DNA of 29,627 nt from Candidatus Hydrogenedentota bacterium (GCA_034408725.1 JAWXCN010000024.1:1-29627); one strand, 5' to 3'; positions 1 to 9,638 are shown, counted from the first letter of the stretch. Notes: generated by a model not told the origin, from the letters alone. Numbers and translations: made by a program.

Positions 1-324
1 AGCCGGGTTGGGGGTATTGCTGCAAGACTGAGTCTACGCAAAGCGGTGGCTGCGCTACCCGCTTCGCCACCGCAGTCCAAGGCGCTGCGCGCGGGCTAGT
101 GTGGTTTGAGCCGGGTTGGGGGTATTGCTGCAAGACTGAGTCTACGCAAAGCGGTGTCTGCGCTACCCGCTTCGCCACCGCAGTCCAAGGCGCTGCGCGC
201 GGGCTAGCGTAGTTTGAGCCGGGTTGGGGGTTTTGCCGCAAGACCGAGTCTACGCGAAGCGGTGTCTGCGCTACCCGCTTCGTCACCGCAGTCAAAGGCG
301 CTGCGCGCGGGCTAACGTGGTTTG
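1..324. repeat. Tandem array of three 108-bp units, each with a REP-like hairpin (AAAGCGGTGGC...GCCACCGCAGTCCAA); may continue upstream of the window
   Basis: Units start at 1, 109 and 217 (AGCCGGGTTGGGGG...). Unit 1 vs 2: 3 substitutions; unit 2 vs 3: 8. Unit 1 has a perfect stem GCGGTGGC (43-50) / GCCACCGC (66-73). Confidence 0.95.
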
Positions 325-394
325 TAGCGGGTGCAACGCGCAGGGCGTAGGTATAAGCGCACATTATGCCAACACATCCAACTGGGGGAGACCC

Positions 395-1378
395 ATGCGC
401 AAGATAATGCGATACATTCCACGGCTTTTGCCCATTGCACTGCTTCCATTGTTGTCCTGCGCGCACGCGCCCGTAGTGGAAACGCAGTCGTTCGCCGAGC
501 TCATGGACGCGGTCACTGCAGCGTCACGTTCGCTGATTGACGATCACGCGCACACAATTGAAGAATTGCGCGCGCACGAGCGGACGGAAACCGTCACTGT
601 TACCGAATACCCCACTGCATTCGACCCAGATATTGCGCGCACCGTTGCACCAGAAGACCCCGGCATCGCGGGATTTCGCAATGCGGTGCTCGCACTCGAC
701 CTCTATCGCGGCGCGGTACGCGCCGCGTCGGAAGGGCACGACTCCGGCGCGCTCGAACATAGCGCGAATGCCGCCGCATCGCTTCTCTCGATCTCGAACG
801 TTTCCGCCGGTTTGCCCTTGGGCAGCGCCATCTCTGGATTGGTGCGATTTCTGGCGGATGCCCGCGACCGCGCTGGTCTGAATAAAGCTATCCGTTCAGG
901 TGCGCCCGCGGTCGGCGAAATTCTCGACGTGCTCGGCGCGGCGACGCCGGACTTATACCGTGTCCGCGTGGGCGTGACGGGCGAGGCCATTGCGGACCTG
1001 GCGTTCAAACAGGAATCCATCCTGACGGAAATAGACCGTATCGCCGGAGAACACGCGCCGCCCGATGCGGGAACACCAGACGCACTGGAGCGCGCGCGGC
1101 TTGAGGCGGACGTTCACGCATTGCGAATGGCCTTGTCACCGGACGCGCCGCCGCGCGCATTGCCGGTGGGCTCGCGCCCGCACGATTCCCTGGTGCAACA
1201 ACGGCTCGCCCAACAATTGCGCGTCGCCCAAGGTCTGCACGAACAGCAGCGCGCTCATACGGCCGATATTCTCCAGTTCCACTCCAAGCTCGGCGGCTAT
1301 GTCCGCTTGATTACGGAAACCCAAAACCAACTCACAGCTTTGAATTCGGCGTCGCAGGCGAAAGGAATCCGGCCATGA
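395..1378 (+). CDS. Hypothetical helical lipoprotein (~327 aa)
   Basis: ATG at 395 after GGGGGAG (384-390); signal peptide with lipobox LLPLLS-C; Ala/Leu-rich helical composition. The ORF-track start at 224 lies inside the repeat array. Confidence 0.8.
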   Translation: MRKIMRYIPRLLPIALLPLLSCAHAPVVETQSFAELMDAVTAASRSLIDDHAHTIEELRAHERTETVTVTEYPTAFDPDIARTVAPEDPGIAGFRNAVLALDLYRGAVRAASEGHDSGALEHSANAAASLLSISNVSAGLPLGSAISGLVRFLADARDRAGLNKAIRSGAPAVGEILDVLGAATPDLYRVRVGVTGEAIADLAFKQESILTEIDRIAGEHAPPDAGTPDALERARLEADVHALRMALSPDAPPRALPVGSRPHDSLVQQRLAQQLRVAQGLHEQQRAHTADILQFHSKLGGYVRLITETQNQLTALNSASQAKGIRP

Positions 1379-2394
1379 GCACATTCAATGAGGATATCGG
1401 CCGGGTGTACGCCGAAGCGCTGGACCGGTTGTCCCGTATGTTGCACGCGCCCGGCATTCCCCACGCTGAGCGCATGCGAATACATACTGCGTTGCGGCGT
1501 CTGCACCGGGCTTATGCGCACACCGGCATCACGTCACTCGCGGAGCGCGCGGTGACATTGAACGCGCTGGCCGAATCGTTGCATAGCGTATTGGGCAGAC
1601 CGCTGGCGGCAACACCGCTCGACGCGCTGGTGCTGCGGCAAGCCGTCGAGGACGCGCGCCTCCTCCTTCTCCGCGCCGCCCGCGAAGAGTTCCCGGATAC
1701 GGCCGCGGCCTTGCTTGATGACCCAGACCGCATTGCAGATGACGCAGAAGTCCCGGCGGCGCTGCCGTCTGCATCGGCAAATGAACAGCATAGTCCACGG
1801 CCCTCAAGCCTGGCCCCCGCCGACAAGCGCATGGAATATGAAACCATGTTCGCGCAGTGTGTGCTGCGACCGGATAAATTGGCGACCGTGAACTGGTACG
1901 CTGCGAACGTGTGCAAACACCGTGAGCGGTATGCGGCGGTGGGCGGCGCACTGAACGTGCCTTGGTGGTTTATTGGCGCCGTTCACGCGCTCGAATCTGG
2001 TTTCTCATTTTCAGGACATTTGCACAATGGCGATCCACTCACCGCGCGTACGCGCCGCGTGCCATCCGGCAGACCACTCCAAGGTGAACCACCCTTTTCC
2101 TGGGAAGTTAGCGCCGCGGATGCGCTACGGTATCAAACCCTCGATCGCTGGGACGATTGGAGTGTCTCGGGCGCGTTGTTTCAATGGGAGGCGTATAACG
2201 GTTTCGGTTACCGCAAACACCGCGTGCCATCGCCCTATTTATGGAGTTTTTCCAATCACTACACGCAAGGCCGATATGTTCGCGATCACGTTTTCGATGC
2301 AGACGCCGTGTCAAACCAATGCGGCGCCGCGACGTTGCTGCGCGCGTTGGTGAATCAGGGAGTAGTCGGGATGACTCGGGCCAACGTGAATTAG
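1375..2394 (+). CDS. Lysozyme-family (COG5526-like) peptidoglycan hydrolase with an N-terminal helical extension
   Basis: Motifs RY..V....VPWWFIGAVHALES, HLHNGDPLTART..VP.GRP, WE.SA.DAL, EAYNGFGY, PSPYLWSFSNHY..GRYV.D and VS.QCGAA; ATGA overlap with the upstream stop. Confidence 0.85.
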   Translation: MSTFNEDIGRVYAEALDRLSRMLHAPGIPHAERMRIHTALRRLHRAYAHTGITSLAERAVTLNALAESLHSVLGRPLAATPLDALVLRQAVEDARLLLLRAAREEFPDTAAALLDDPDRIADDAEVPAALPSASANEQHSPRPSSLAPADKRMEYETMFAQCVLRPDKLATVNWYAANVCKHRERYAAVGGALNVPWWFIGAVHALESGFSFSGHLHNGDPLTARTRRVPSGRPLQGEPPFSWEVSAADALRYQTLDRWDDWSVSGALFQWEAYNGFGYRKHRVPSPYLWSFSNHYTQGRYVRDHVFDADAVSNQCGAATLLRALVNQGVVGMTRANVN

Positions 2395-2400
2395 AAAGCG

Positions 2401-4494
2401 TCAGTTCGTAAGGCGCGCGAATACAATGCTCGGGCGGCCGGTATTTGCCGCATGCGTGACGGCCCAATCCCCGTCACGGGTTATCGTAACCTCGCGGGCC
2501 GTTCCCGCGTCCAGAAACGTGAGTTGGGTGCGCTTGGCGGGAGCGTCCGCGCGCACCTGCCACAACTGCGCCGCTCCGTCTCGATCCGGCGCCGAGAACA
2601 CAATGGCGTTGCGCGTGATGTCCCATGCGCCGCGCAACCCGGCGCCGATATGCGCAACGGTTTTGCCCGACGCCGTCGCGATAGCTTCAAGCGATCCATT
2701 TGCGTCATCGGCTACGAGTATTGCGCTGGCATCCTGATTGAATGCCGCGTTTCCTATTGCAATAGAACCTTCCGCGATGGGCGCCGGTTCTTCCACGACT
2801 CCTGTCGCGGGTATCACGCGCAACGCGAACTTTCCGCCGCCGATTTCGCGAAGAAAGGCAATCATATCCCCATCGGGCGAATACTGGACACGTGAAATGC
2901 GCACGCCACCCGGGGAAAGTACCGTCTCGGTGACTACGCCATTTTCCCACGCATACCCCGCCAACAAATGGGCGCCGTTTCGCTCGATGGCGGCAACCCA
3001 ACGCGAACCGGATGGATGCATGTCCGCGACCTCGAACGATTCGGGTAAGACCGTCATCGGCGCATTGGAATGTGTTGCGCGCAACGACATGAACGCAGAT
3101 TCAGAGCCTGCATGCACAAGTGCGAATCCATCGAACAACGATCCCTGCATCCCATGCACCGCGGCGGACAGTTGCATACGCTGCGTTCCGTCTGACACGA
3201 GCCGGAGCCGCGCGTCCTGATATGTGGGCGATACGATGCACAGCGCGTGTTTTCCCCCGGCGCCCTCCTGTTGGACAACTACGGCGACCGCGCCGTCTGC
3301 GCCGGCATTGGTTATCGACGCAACCGAGTAGCCCGGAAATTGGAGCTCGGCGAGGTGTACGTTGTTGCCTTCACTGCTGAACGCCGCGACCCGAGCCGGG
3401 GCGAACCACGTCGAGACGCCGGCCTGGGGCACGGAGAGCGTCGTGGCAGGACCGGCCAGCCAGGATATGCCGAACCACGCGAGCGCGCCAACGGAAAGGA
3501 ATATGCCGGCGGCCATTGTGATTCGCCGGCGGCTGAATGCCGATGTCGCGGCCTTATTGTGCGCCGGGTTTTTCGATTGCGCGGATGACGCCAGCGAACG
3601 GCGGAACTCTTCGATGGTGTCCGTTGACCGCGCCTCACTGGCGTCAAGTGGCTTGCCCGTCAGCACGCGCTCGATAGCTTCACAAACCACATGGCCGTTG
3701 GCGGGCCGGTGCTTCGGGTTCATTTCCATGAGCCACGCGACGAGCCGCTCGACGTCTTCGGGCACGCCGGGCACGAATCCGCGCACGCGAGCGGGCGGCT
3801 CCGAGATAATCCGTTGAATCATTTCGACCGGCGTCGAGGCTTCGTAGGGCAGACGCCCTGTAAGCATCTGAAACATCAGCACGCCCAGCGAGTACAGATC
3901 GCTCGACGAAGTCACGTCGCCGTTCTTGCAGCGTTCCGGCGCCATGTAATGCGGCGTTCCCAGGCGCGTGCCATCAACGGTAAGGTTATCGTCCAACGTA
4001 AGGATTTTCGCGATCCCGAAGTCCGTGACATAAGCGTGCCGCCGATCGTCGAGGAGTATGTTCGGCGGTTTGACATCGCGATGGATGACATGGCAGTCGT
4101 GCGCGCACGCAAGCGCCGCGGCAATCTGTTTGCCAATTTCGAGCGCATAGGTCCAGTCCAGCCGGTGCTCGCGCTGCATGACCGCGCTCAGCGGCATTGC
4201 ATCAATGTATTCCATCGCGATGAACGGGGTACGGTCTACCGCGCCAACGGAATAAATCTGCACGATGTTCTTGTGATCAAGCCGCGCCGCGGCCTGTGCC
4301 TCGCGGCTGAACCGCGTCACGATGGAAGGATGCGACCGGAGGTCGTCGCGCAGAATCTTCACGGCGACTACCCGGTCCAGCGACAAATCCAGCGCGCGGT
4401 AGACAATGCCCATGCCGCCGCGGCCCAACTCCTCGAACAACTCGTAGTTCCCGAGTATGTGCCGCGCTGGTAACGCGCCGCCCCCGTTTCGCAT
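2401..4494 (-). CDS. Hanks-type Ser/Thr protein kinase with TM helix and C-terminal TolB/PD40-like beta-propeller
   Basis: GRGGMG, VAVK, HRDVKPPN, DFG, GTPHYMAPE; TM segment ITMAAGIFLSVGALAWFGISWL; blade-like motifs QYSPDGDMIAF, AFNQDASAI, ITRDGDWAV. Confidence 0.92.
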   Translation of the reverse strand: MRNGGGALPARHILGNYELFEELGRGGMGIVYRALDLSLDRVVAVKILRDDLRSHPSIVTRFSREAQAAARLDHKNIVQIYSVGAVDRTPFIAMEYIDAMPLSAVMQREHRLDWTYALEIGKQIAAALACAHDCHVIHRDVKPPNILLDDRRHAYVTDFGIAKILTLDDNLTVDGTRLGTPHYMAPERCKNGDVTSSSDLYSLGVLMFQMLTGRLPYEASTPVEMIQRIISEPPARVRGFVPGVPEDVERLVAWLMEMNPKHRPANGHVVCEAIERVLTGKPLDASEARSTDTIEEFRRSLASSAQSKNPAHNKAATSAFSRRRITMAAGIFLSVGALAWFGISWLAGPATTLSVPQAGVSTWFAPARVAAFSSEGNNVHLAELQFPGYSVASITNAGADGAVAVVVQQEGAGGKHALCIVSPTYQDARLRLVSDGTQRMQLSAAVHGMQGSLFDGFALVHAGSESAFMSLRATHSNAPMTVLPESFEVADMHPSGSRWVAAIERNGAHLLAGYAWENGVVTETVLSPGGVRISRVQYSPDGDMIAFLREIGGGKFALRVIPATGVVEEPAPIAEGSIAIGNAAFNQDASAILVADDANGSLEAIATASGKTVAHIGAGLRGAWDITRNAIVFSAPDRDGAAQLWQVRADAPAKRTQLTFLDAGTAREVTITRDGDWAVTHAANTGRPSIVFARLTN

Positions 4495-4517
4495 GGTGAA
4501 TGCTCCGTCCCGTTTCG

Positions 4518-6791
4518 CTAGGTTTGGTCTTTGATGATCGACACAGCGTGCGACGCGGTCCGCGTTGGAGTGCTGACTTCGAGATCGACGAATACTACAC
4601 GCACGCCGTCCTTGCCTTGCGCAATGCCTGCCGCCCAGCGGTCATCCGCCGATACCGCCGTCACGTCACCAACGCCTTGATCAAGCGAAGTCAACGTTCG
4701 TTGATCCAGTGGCGTGGCCAGCGTGATAACGTGCAGTTGCCGCAATCCATTCTCTTCACGCACAGCGGCGACCAATGCGTCAGAAGCGCGCAACCAGGCA
4801 TCGTGACCCACGGTGGCGTTGCCGAGCCGGTACACGACCGAACCATCCGACGCATCCAGCACGCGCAATTCTGGTTGATCCCCAGGGGTGGCGCTCCACG
4901 CCGCGGCGACACGGTCTCCCGACGCGCTAATGGCATACTCGCCGGTGAAAAAGCCGATCGACAGCAGCGTTCCGTGTCCGCCGGACACCGGCGCGCTCCA
5001 GAGTTCCTGTTTACCACTTGGATCGTGACGCAGGAATAACACGCGGTCTCCCGCAGGGGTGTATTGCACTGAATGAGGCGCGATACGCGCGCCTGGTCCG
5101 GTTAATGGTGTCATTGGTGATCCGCCATATACACGTTGCTCGGCGAGGTAATTTCCACCGTCCTCGTTTTCGATCACCATGCAAACCGCGCCACCGTCGG
5201 GGCGCAATACGGCATGTAAGCATTGCGCGGTCGCGTCCTCGCTCCACGGCGCGGCCTTCCGCTTCACGGTCTCGAACGCCGCCAGGGGATTGATCGCGGG
5301 CGCGCCTTCGTTCCATTGCTGGGCAAATAACAGACCGGTGAACGTATCGTCATTGATGCTGCCGCGCTGGCCCAACAATATCGCCGGGGCGGTCGTTGCC
5401 GTCCGTTGTCCGCTGGTCAACGCCAGGGGAAACGCCGCGGCTGCGTCCACGCCCTCGGCGAGCGTCGCGCCTGCCGGCATCACCAATCCCATGCAACGTG
5501 TCGCGACCGGGTCAAGCGCAAGTATGCCTGCGCTTCCGCGCGTCATCGCGTAATCAACGCCGTTCGCCTCGACGAATAGCGTATCCTCGGCGCCCGCCCA
5601 ACTCAGGCGCGCCGCCTGGAACGCTGGCGCGGGCAAAGCTGCAATCACGCTGCCGTCGCGTTGGGGAATGAACTGGCAACTGCCGATCTCCTGCGCGGCT
5701 ACGGTTGCCCGGGTGTCGCGCATGGCCAGCCCGGTGGACACGATTGTGATAACGGCCATGGTCATCACGACGCCGCAAGTGACCGCCAGCATGCGCCGGT
5801 TTAACGTCCTGGCGCCCGTGCTATCGGGCTTTACAGGTTTCGCCTTGTCTTTCGACGGGGGCGGCGTCATGAGTCGCAACGGAGAATCCTGCGCTTGCTC
5901 TCGCACGTAGGCGGCGAGCGCCTGTGGTATCGCGGACCGCCCGCCCTCTTCCTGTTGGAGGCGGTCGATGGCCTGGCAAACGAGCCGGGCGCTTGCGGGG
6001 CGATCATTTTCATTCTTCTCGAGCAAGAGCGCGACGAATCGCGCTACATCGTCTGGCACGTCCGGCCGGACCCGGTTCAATCGCGGCGCGGATTCCGATG
6101 CAATCAGCCGCATCAGGGCCTGCGGCGAATCCGTCTTGAACGGCGGTTGCCCCGCTATCATTTGAAACAGCGTGACCCCGAGTGAATACAGGTCCGTTTT
6201 TTCGCTCACCTCGCCACCGGCGCACTGTTCTGGACTCATGTATTGCGGCGTGCCGATGATGCTCGGTTCAGCGCCGGTTTGTTCCACCGTGCGGACCCGG
6301 GCAATCCCAAAATCCGCCAGACGCACTCTGCCCTGTCTGTCCAGCAAAATGTTCGCCGGTTTCACGTCCCGGTGAATGATTCCCGCGTCGTGGGCGCATT
6401 GAAGGGCATCCGCGACCTGGCCCCCGATATACAGCGCGGCCTGCCAGGCTATTTGGCCCTTCCGCCGCAGAAATCGGTCCAGCGGTTCGCCCGGCACATA
6501 TTCCATCGCGATATAGGGCGTGCCACCTTCGATGCCCGCGGAATACACGCGCACAATGCCTGGGTGGCGTAGTGGGGCGGCGGCCTGGGCTTCACGGTAA
6601 AAACTGCGTACCATTGAAGGGTTTCGCGCGATGCTGCCCAACAAGACCTTCAGGGCGACCTGCCGGTTCAGGGCTATGTCGCGGGCAAGATATACGGTTC
6701 CCATGGCGCCTCGCCCGATAAGGGTTTGCACCTCATATCCGCCAAAGGCGAAGCCTATGAGAGAGGCATGACCTGACATTTGGGACGCCAT
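4518..6791 (-). CDS. Hanks-type Ser/Thr protein kinase with TM helix and C-terminal beta-propeller-like domain (paralogue of the neighbour)
   Basis: GRGAMG, VALK, HRDVKPAN, DFG, GTPQYMSPE; TM segment MLAVTCGVVMTMAVITIVSTGL; QYTPAGDRVLF, AISASGDRVA, AVSADDRWA. Start could alternatively be 6779. Confidence 0.92.
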   Translation of the reverse strand: MASQMSGHASLIGFAFGGYEVQTLIGRGAMGTVYLARDIALNRQVALKVLLGSIARNPSMVRSFYREAQAAAPLRHPGIVRVYSAGIEGGTPYIAMEYVPGEPLDRFLRRKGQIAWQAALYIGGQVADALQCAHDAGIIHRDVKPANILLDRQGRVRLADFGIARVRTVEQTGAEPSIIGTPQYMSPEQCAGGEVSEKTDLYSLGVTLFQMIAGQPPFKTDSPQALMRLIASESAPRLNRVRPDVPDDVARFVALLLEKNENDRPASARLVCQAIDRLQQEEGGRSAIPQALAAYVREQAQDSPLRLMTPPPSKDKAKPVKPDSTGARTLNRRMLAVTCGVVMTMAVITIVSTGLAMRDTRATVAAQEIGSCQFIPQRDGSVIAALPAPAFQAARLSWAGAEDTLFVEANGVDYAMTRGSAGILALDPVATRCMGLVMPAGATLAEGVDAAAAFPLALTSGQRTATTAPAILLGQRGSINDDTFTGLLFAQQWNEGAPAINPLAAFETVKRKAAPWSEDATAQCLHAVLRPDGGAVCMVIENEDGGNYLAEQRVYGGSPMTPLTGPGARIAPHSVQYTPAGDRVLFLRHDPSGKQELWSAPVSGGHGTLLSIGFFTGEYAISASGDRVAAAWSATPGDQPELRVLDASDGSVVYRLGNATVGHDAWLRASDALVAAVREENGLRQLHVITLATPLDQRTLTSLDQGVGDVTAVSADDRWAAGIAQGKDGVRVVFVDLEVSTPTRTASHAVSIIKDQT

Positions 6792-6851
6792 ATCTAGGGG
6801 TGGCCTTATACCTGGTTCAAACTAATAGTGTACTTTAATGGTCTCATGGGA

Positions 6852-6880
6852 AATTTAGCAAGAATTTGGCATTATGTCAA
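6852..6880 (-). promoter_or_regulatory. Sigma70-type promoter for the kinase pair
   Basis: Minus strand TTGACA (6880-6875), 17-nt spacer, TAAATT (6857-6852) preceded by an extended TGn, in an AT-rich intergenic region ~60 nt upstream of the 6791 start. Confidence 0.75.
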
Positions 6881-6983
6881 GTGTTTACTGTTTGCGCATA
6901 ATGCCTTGCCGGAAAAGTGGCAGAAATGGGCTCAATGAAGGGAAAACGTCTGCGGACGGGAACCCGGCCGCCTGAATGAAATC

Positions 6984-9638
6984 TTACTTGGCGGCCGCCT
7001 TGGCGCTTGCGAAAGCGTGAAGTTGCTTGTTCCAATTTTCCAAAACGGGCGCGACGGGATACTGCCGGCCGCGGAGCCAGTCAAACTGGATGTAGTAGGT
7101 GAGGGGAACACCGCGTTCGATTTTGATAACGACGTGGTTTTCTCCGGGCACATCTCCTTCGCGAAGGAAGCGTTCCGGCGGAAACACAACGCCGAGGCCA
7201 ATCGTGCCGATGGATTGTAATTGCGATCCCCACGCGGCCATTACGCCGGCCGCGGGATCGAGCGCGTATTCCTGATGCACCAGCTTTGTCAACCCGATTC
7301 CGAGTTCAAGCAAATCGTTGCTCTCGGCCCCCTCGACGAGCACTTCCACCGCGGTTTCACGATGGCCTGCTTCGATGGTAAAGCGCATGCGAACGGTATA
7401 GACATTGCCGATTGGCCCTACATTCGATGCCTTCATTTCGACAATGGCGCGGTTATTGTTCTGCTCGACAAGACTCTTCTCGAAAGTTACCACGCCGTTG
7501 CCGCCCGGACTGCGCACGGCGTTGGGCTGGCCGTTCACGTACAGCGTCAGACCACCCAGTCCGCTCGTATCGCGAACGTTTAGCGCATCCATTCCCCAGG
7601 AGGTGTCGGCCTGGTTGTTCGCGTCCACCGATGCGTCTGAAAGCACCAGGCGCTGCTCGCGTTTCCCGAAGATATCGACTTGGCCCCAGTATGCGCGATA
7701 CGAAGCCTGCTCCGATTCCCAACCGACACTGTCGGGAATCCAGTCAATCGCGGAGCCCACGCGCGGGTTTGGATTTGCCTCCGCGTCTCGCGCGGCGATC
7801 CAATCCGTGTACGGTGTCAGGGCCGTTGTGAGCGCGAATTCCTGTTCTACCAGCAATTGTATTTTCGCGTAATCACCCAGGCCGCGCGCGTCTGCGACGG
7901 TTTGCCATAACGCGGCATTGTCGTGCAGTTTTTTCAATTGCACGAGATACGCGTCTTTCGTCACATCAAGGTAGTAGCGAACCGATTCCGCGCTCGACAC
8001 GATTTTCGATGTGATGGCAGGGTTCACAGTTTCGGCGCGAAAACCGTTCCGCACGAATGCCGCTGAATCGCCGGCGGCGTTTGGATCGGCCCCTTTCGCG
8101 GTGATCGCCTGTTCCAGGCGTTGCGTTAATGCATATAGTGCGGCAGGCAACGCGGCCAACTCCGCGGATTGCAGGGCATAGACGTCCTGCCACGCCCAGT
8201 TGACGGCTGTCACCGGGGCAGGCGACTTCCAGGAGTCGTCCTCCTTGCCATCCGCGTCGACGTCAATGCTCCACGTATCAATCGCGCCATCGCTGTCCGA
8301 ATCGGTGAATGCATATTTCATGTCGGCAACACGATCGTAATTGGCGTCGACGTCGAGCCAGGCACGTTTCGCGCCGGAGAGATGGAAACGGTGATCAGCG
8401 GGATGGAAGTATACGGCGGCGGGTTTGCCGGTTTGCACGGCGAGCTCGAAGCGCTTGTTCAATGCCCCGGAATGCGGACCGCCGACCTGATCGAACCCTT
8501 CGACACCTGTCGGGACCACGCCTTCCCAGCGTTCATGCCGGTCCGTGAAATCCACGCCCTCGACGTTGTCGTCGTTTTCGTCCCACGTAAGCAGCATGCG
8601 GTCCCACACCACGGCAGGAAGAATGGCTTGCGCGGCATCGAACCGGAGAAAGGGTCCGGCGGGGACGCCGCGAATGTCGGTCCGCTCGATGTCCGTTTCG
8701 GCGATAGCAATGCCCTCCGCGGCGGCGCGCGCCGTAATCGACACGTCATAGTCATGTTGCGCGTTGATTGTATGGTCGCCATCAGCGTCGAAGCTGTGCC
8801 GCATGGTACGGAGCGCGAGACCATCGGCCTCAATGCGGAGATTCTCCTCGCTCATGACATCGCCGTCTCGGTTCATGAAAAAGAACGGCGTATCGCCCGC
8901 GGGTTTCCATTCCGTGGCGTCCGGCGCGAGCACGAAACCGCAATGCATTTCGTTGCCGCCAAAATGGCTGTTCCACTGGGCCAACGCGAGGTCGTATCCA
9001 TAGCCCGCGTTCTGCCACAACAGATTGTCATCGCCAAGGTCCCGGCTCCACCACGCGGTCATGACGTTCTCGTCGCCGTTCGCAAGCGCGCCACCCGCGC
9101 GGTACAACACCAATTCCGCAATATCCTGGTCGGCGTCGCGGTCGATATAGTCGGCCGCTGCGTCTATGACACCGTCGCCTTTCCAATCCGCAATGTAGAG
9201 ATCGCTGTCCTGGTCCGGTTCACCGCCTTCAACCAGATCGCCATCTTCATCGATGACGCGCACCAGCAGCGGACGCATCGCTTCGGGATGCCGAAGATCA
9301 GTATCGACGAACCAGACTTCCTCCGGTTTCCCGTCGACGTTCATGTCGACGTAATGCCGTTTGCCCGGTGTATCTTTCACGACCTGCGCGCTAAAAACCG
9401 GATCAAATACGATAGCTTCGCCAAACACCCGGACAAAGGTCTGGTGAACGACGGGAGAAGATGGCGGAGCGGGAGGCGCCGGAGCGGGAGCAGATTCCGG
9501 CGATGGAGCGGGTTCCGCGGGCGCTGGCGCGGCGGGTGCAGGCGCAGCAGGCGCGGGCGCGGGTTCCTGCGCGTTTGTCAGAAACACGCAACCAGCTCCT
9601 AGAATAACTATAAAAAAGGCCCGCGCAATCTCACGCAT
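6984..9638 (-). CDS. Large secreted protein (~884 aa) with many Dx[DN]xDG-like motifs and a C-terminal DUF4861-like domain
   Basis: Start MREIARAFFIVILG..TNA-QE at 9638 after GGGAG; Pro/Ala linker; C-terminal DSVGWESEQASYRAYWGQVDIFGKR...GMDALNV..TSGLGG resembles DUF4861 conserved blocks. Confidence 0.75.
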   Translation of the reverse strand: MREIARAFFIVILGAGCVFLTNAQEPAPAPAAPAPAAPAPAEPAPSPESAPAPAPPAPPSSPVVHQTFVRVFGEAIVFDPVFSAQVVKDTPGKRHYVDMNVDGKPEEVWFVDTDLRHPEAMRPLLVRVIDEDGDLVEGGEPDQDSDLYIADWKGDGVIDAAADYIDRDADQDIAELVLYRAGGALANGDENVMTAWWSRDLGDDNLLWQNAGYGYDLALAQWNSHFGGNEMHCGFVLAPDATEWKPAGDTPFFFMNRDGDVMSEENLRIEADGLALRTMRHSFDADGDHTINAQHDYDVSITARAAAEGIAIAETDIERTDIRGVPAGPFLRFDAAQAILPAVVWDRMLLTWDENDDNVEGVDFTDRHERWEGVVPTGVEGFDQVGGPHSGALNKRFELAVQTGKPAAVYFHPADHRFHLSGAKRAWLDVDANYDRVADMKYAFTDSDSDGAIDTWSIDVDADGKEDDSWKSPAPVTAVNWAWQDVYALQSAELAALPAALYALTQRLEQAITAKGADPNAAGDSAAFVRNGFRAETVNPAITSKIVSSAESVRYYLDVTKDAYLVQLKKLHDNAALWQTVADARGLGDYAKIQLLVEQEFALTTALTPYTDWIAARDAEANPNPRVGSAIDWIPDSVGWESEQASYRAYWGQVDIFGKREQRLVLSDASVDANNQADTSWGMDALNVRDTSGLGGLTLYVNGQPNAVRSPGGNGVVTFEKSLVEQNNNRAIVEMKASNVGPIGNVYTVRMRFTIEAGHRETAVEVLVEGAESNDLLELGIGLTKLVHQEYALDPAAGVMAAWGSQLQSIGTIGLGVVFPPERFLREGDVPGENHVVIKIERGVPLTYYIQFDWLRGRQYPVAPVLENWNKQLHAFASAKAAAK

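Noticed and set aside
1-324. CRISPR array
   Set aside because: Whole 108-bp units are conserved with no unique spacers, and no cas genes are in the window.
224-394. N-terminal extension of the first ORF
   Set aside because: It runs through the repeat array; the SD and signal peptide point to ATG 395.
1375-2394. Prophage endolysin
   Set aside because: No holin, spanin, structural or integrase genes nearby.
9460-9570. GC-rich quasi-repeats as a DNA element
   Set aside because: They encode the Pro/Ala linker of the secreted protein.
8169-9602. 477-aa plus-strand ORF
   Set aside because: Antisense shadow of the DUF4861-like gene, expected from high-GC codon bias; no recognisable motifs.
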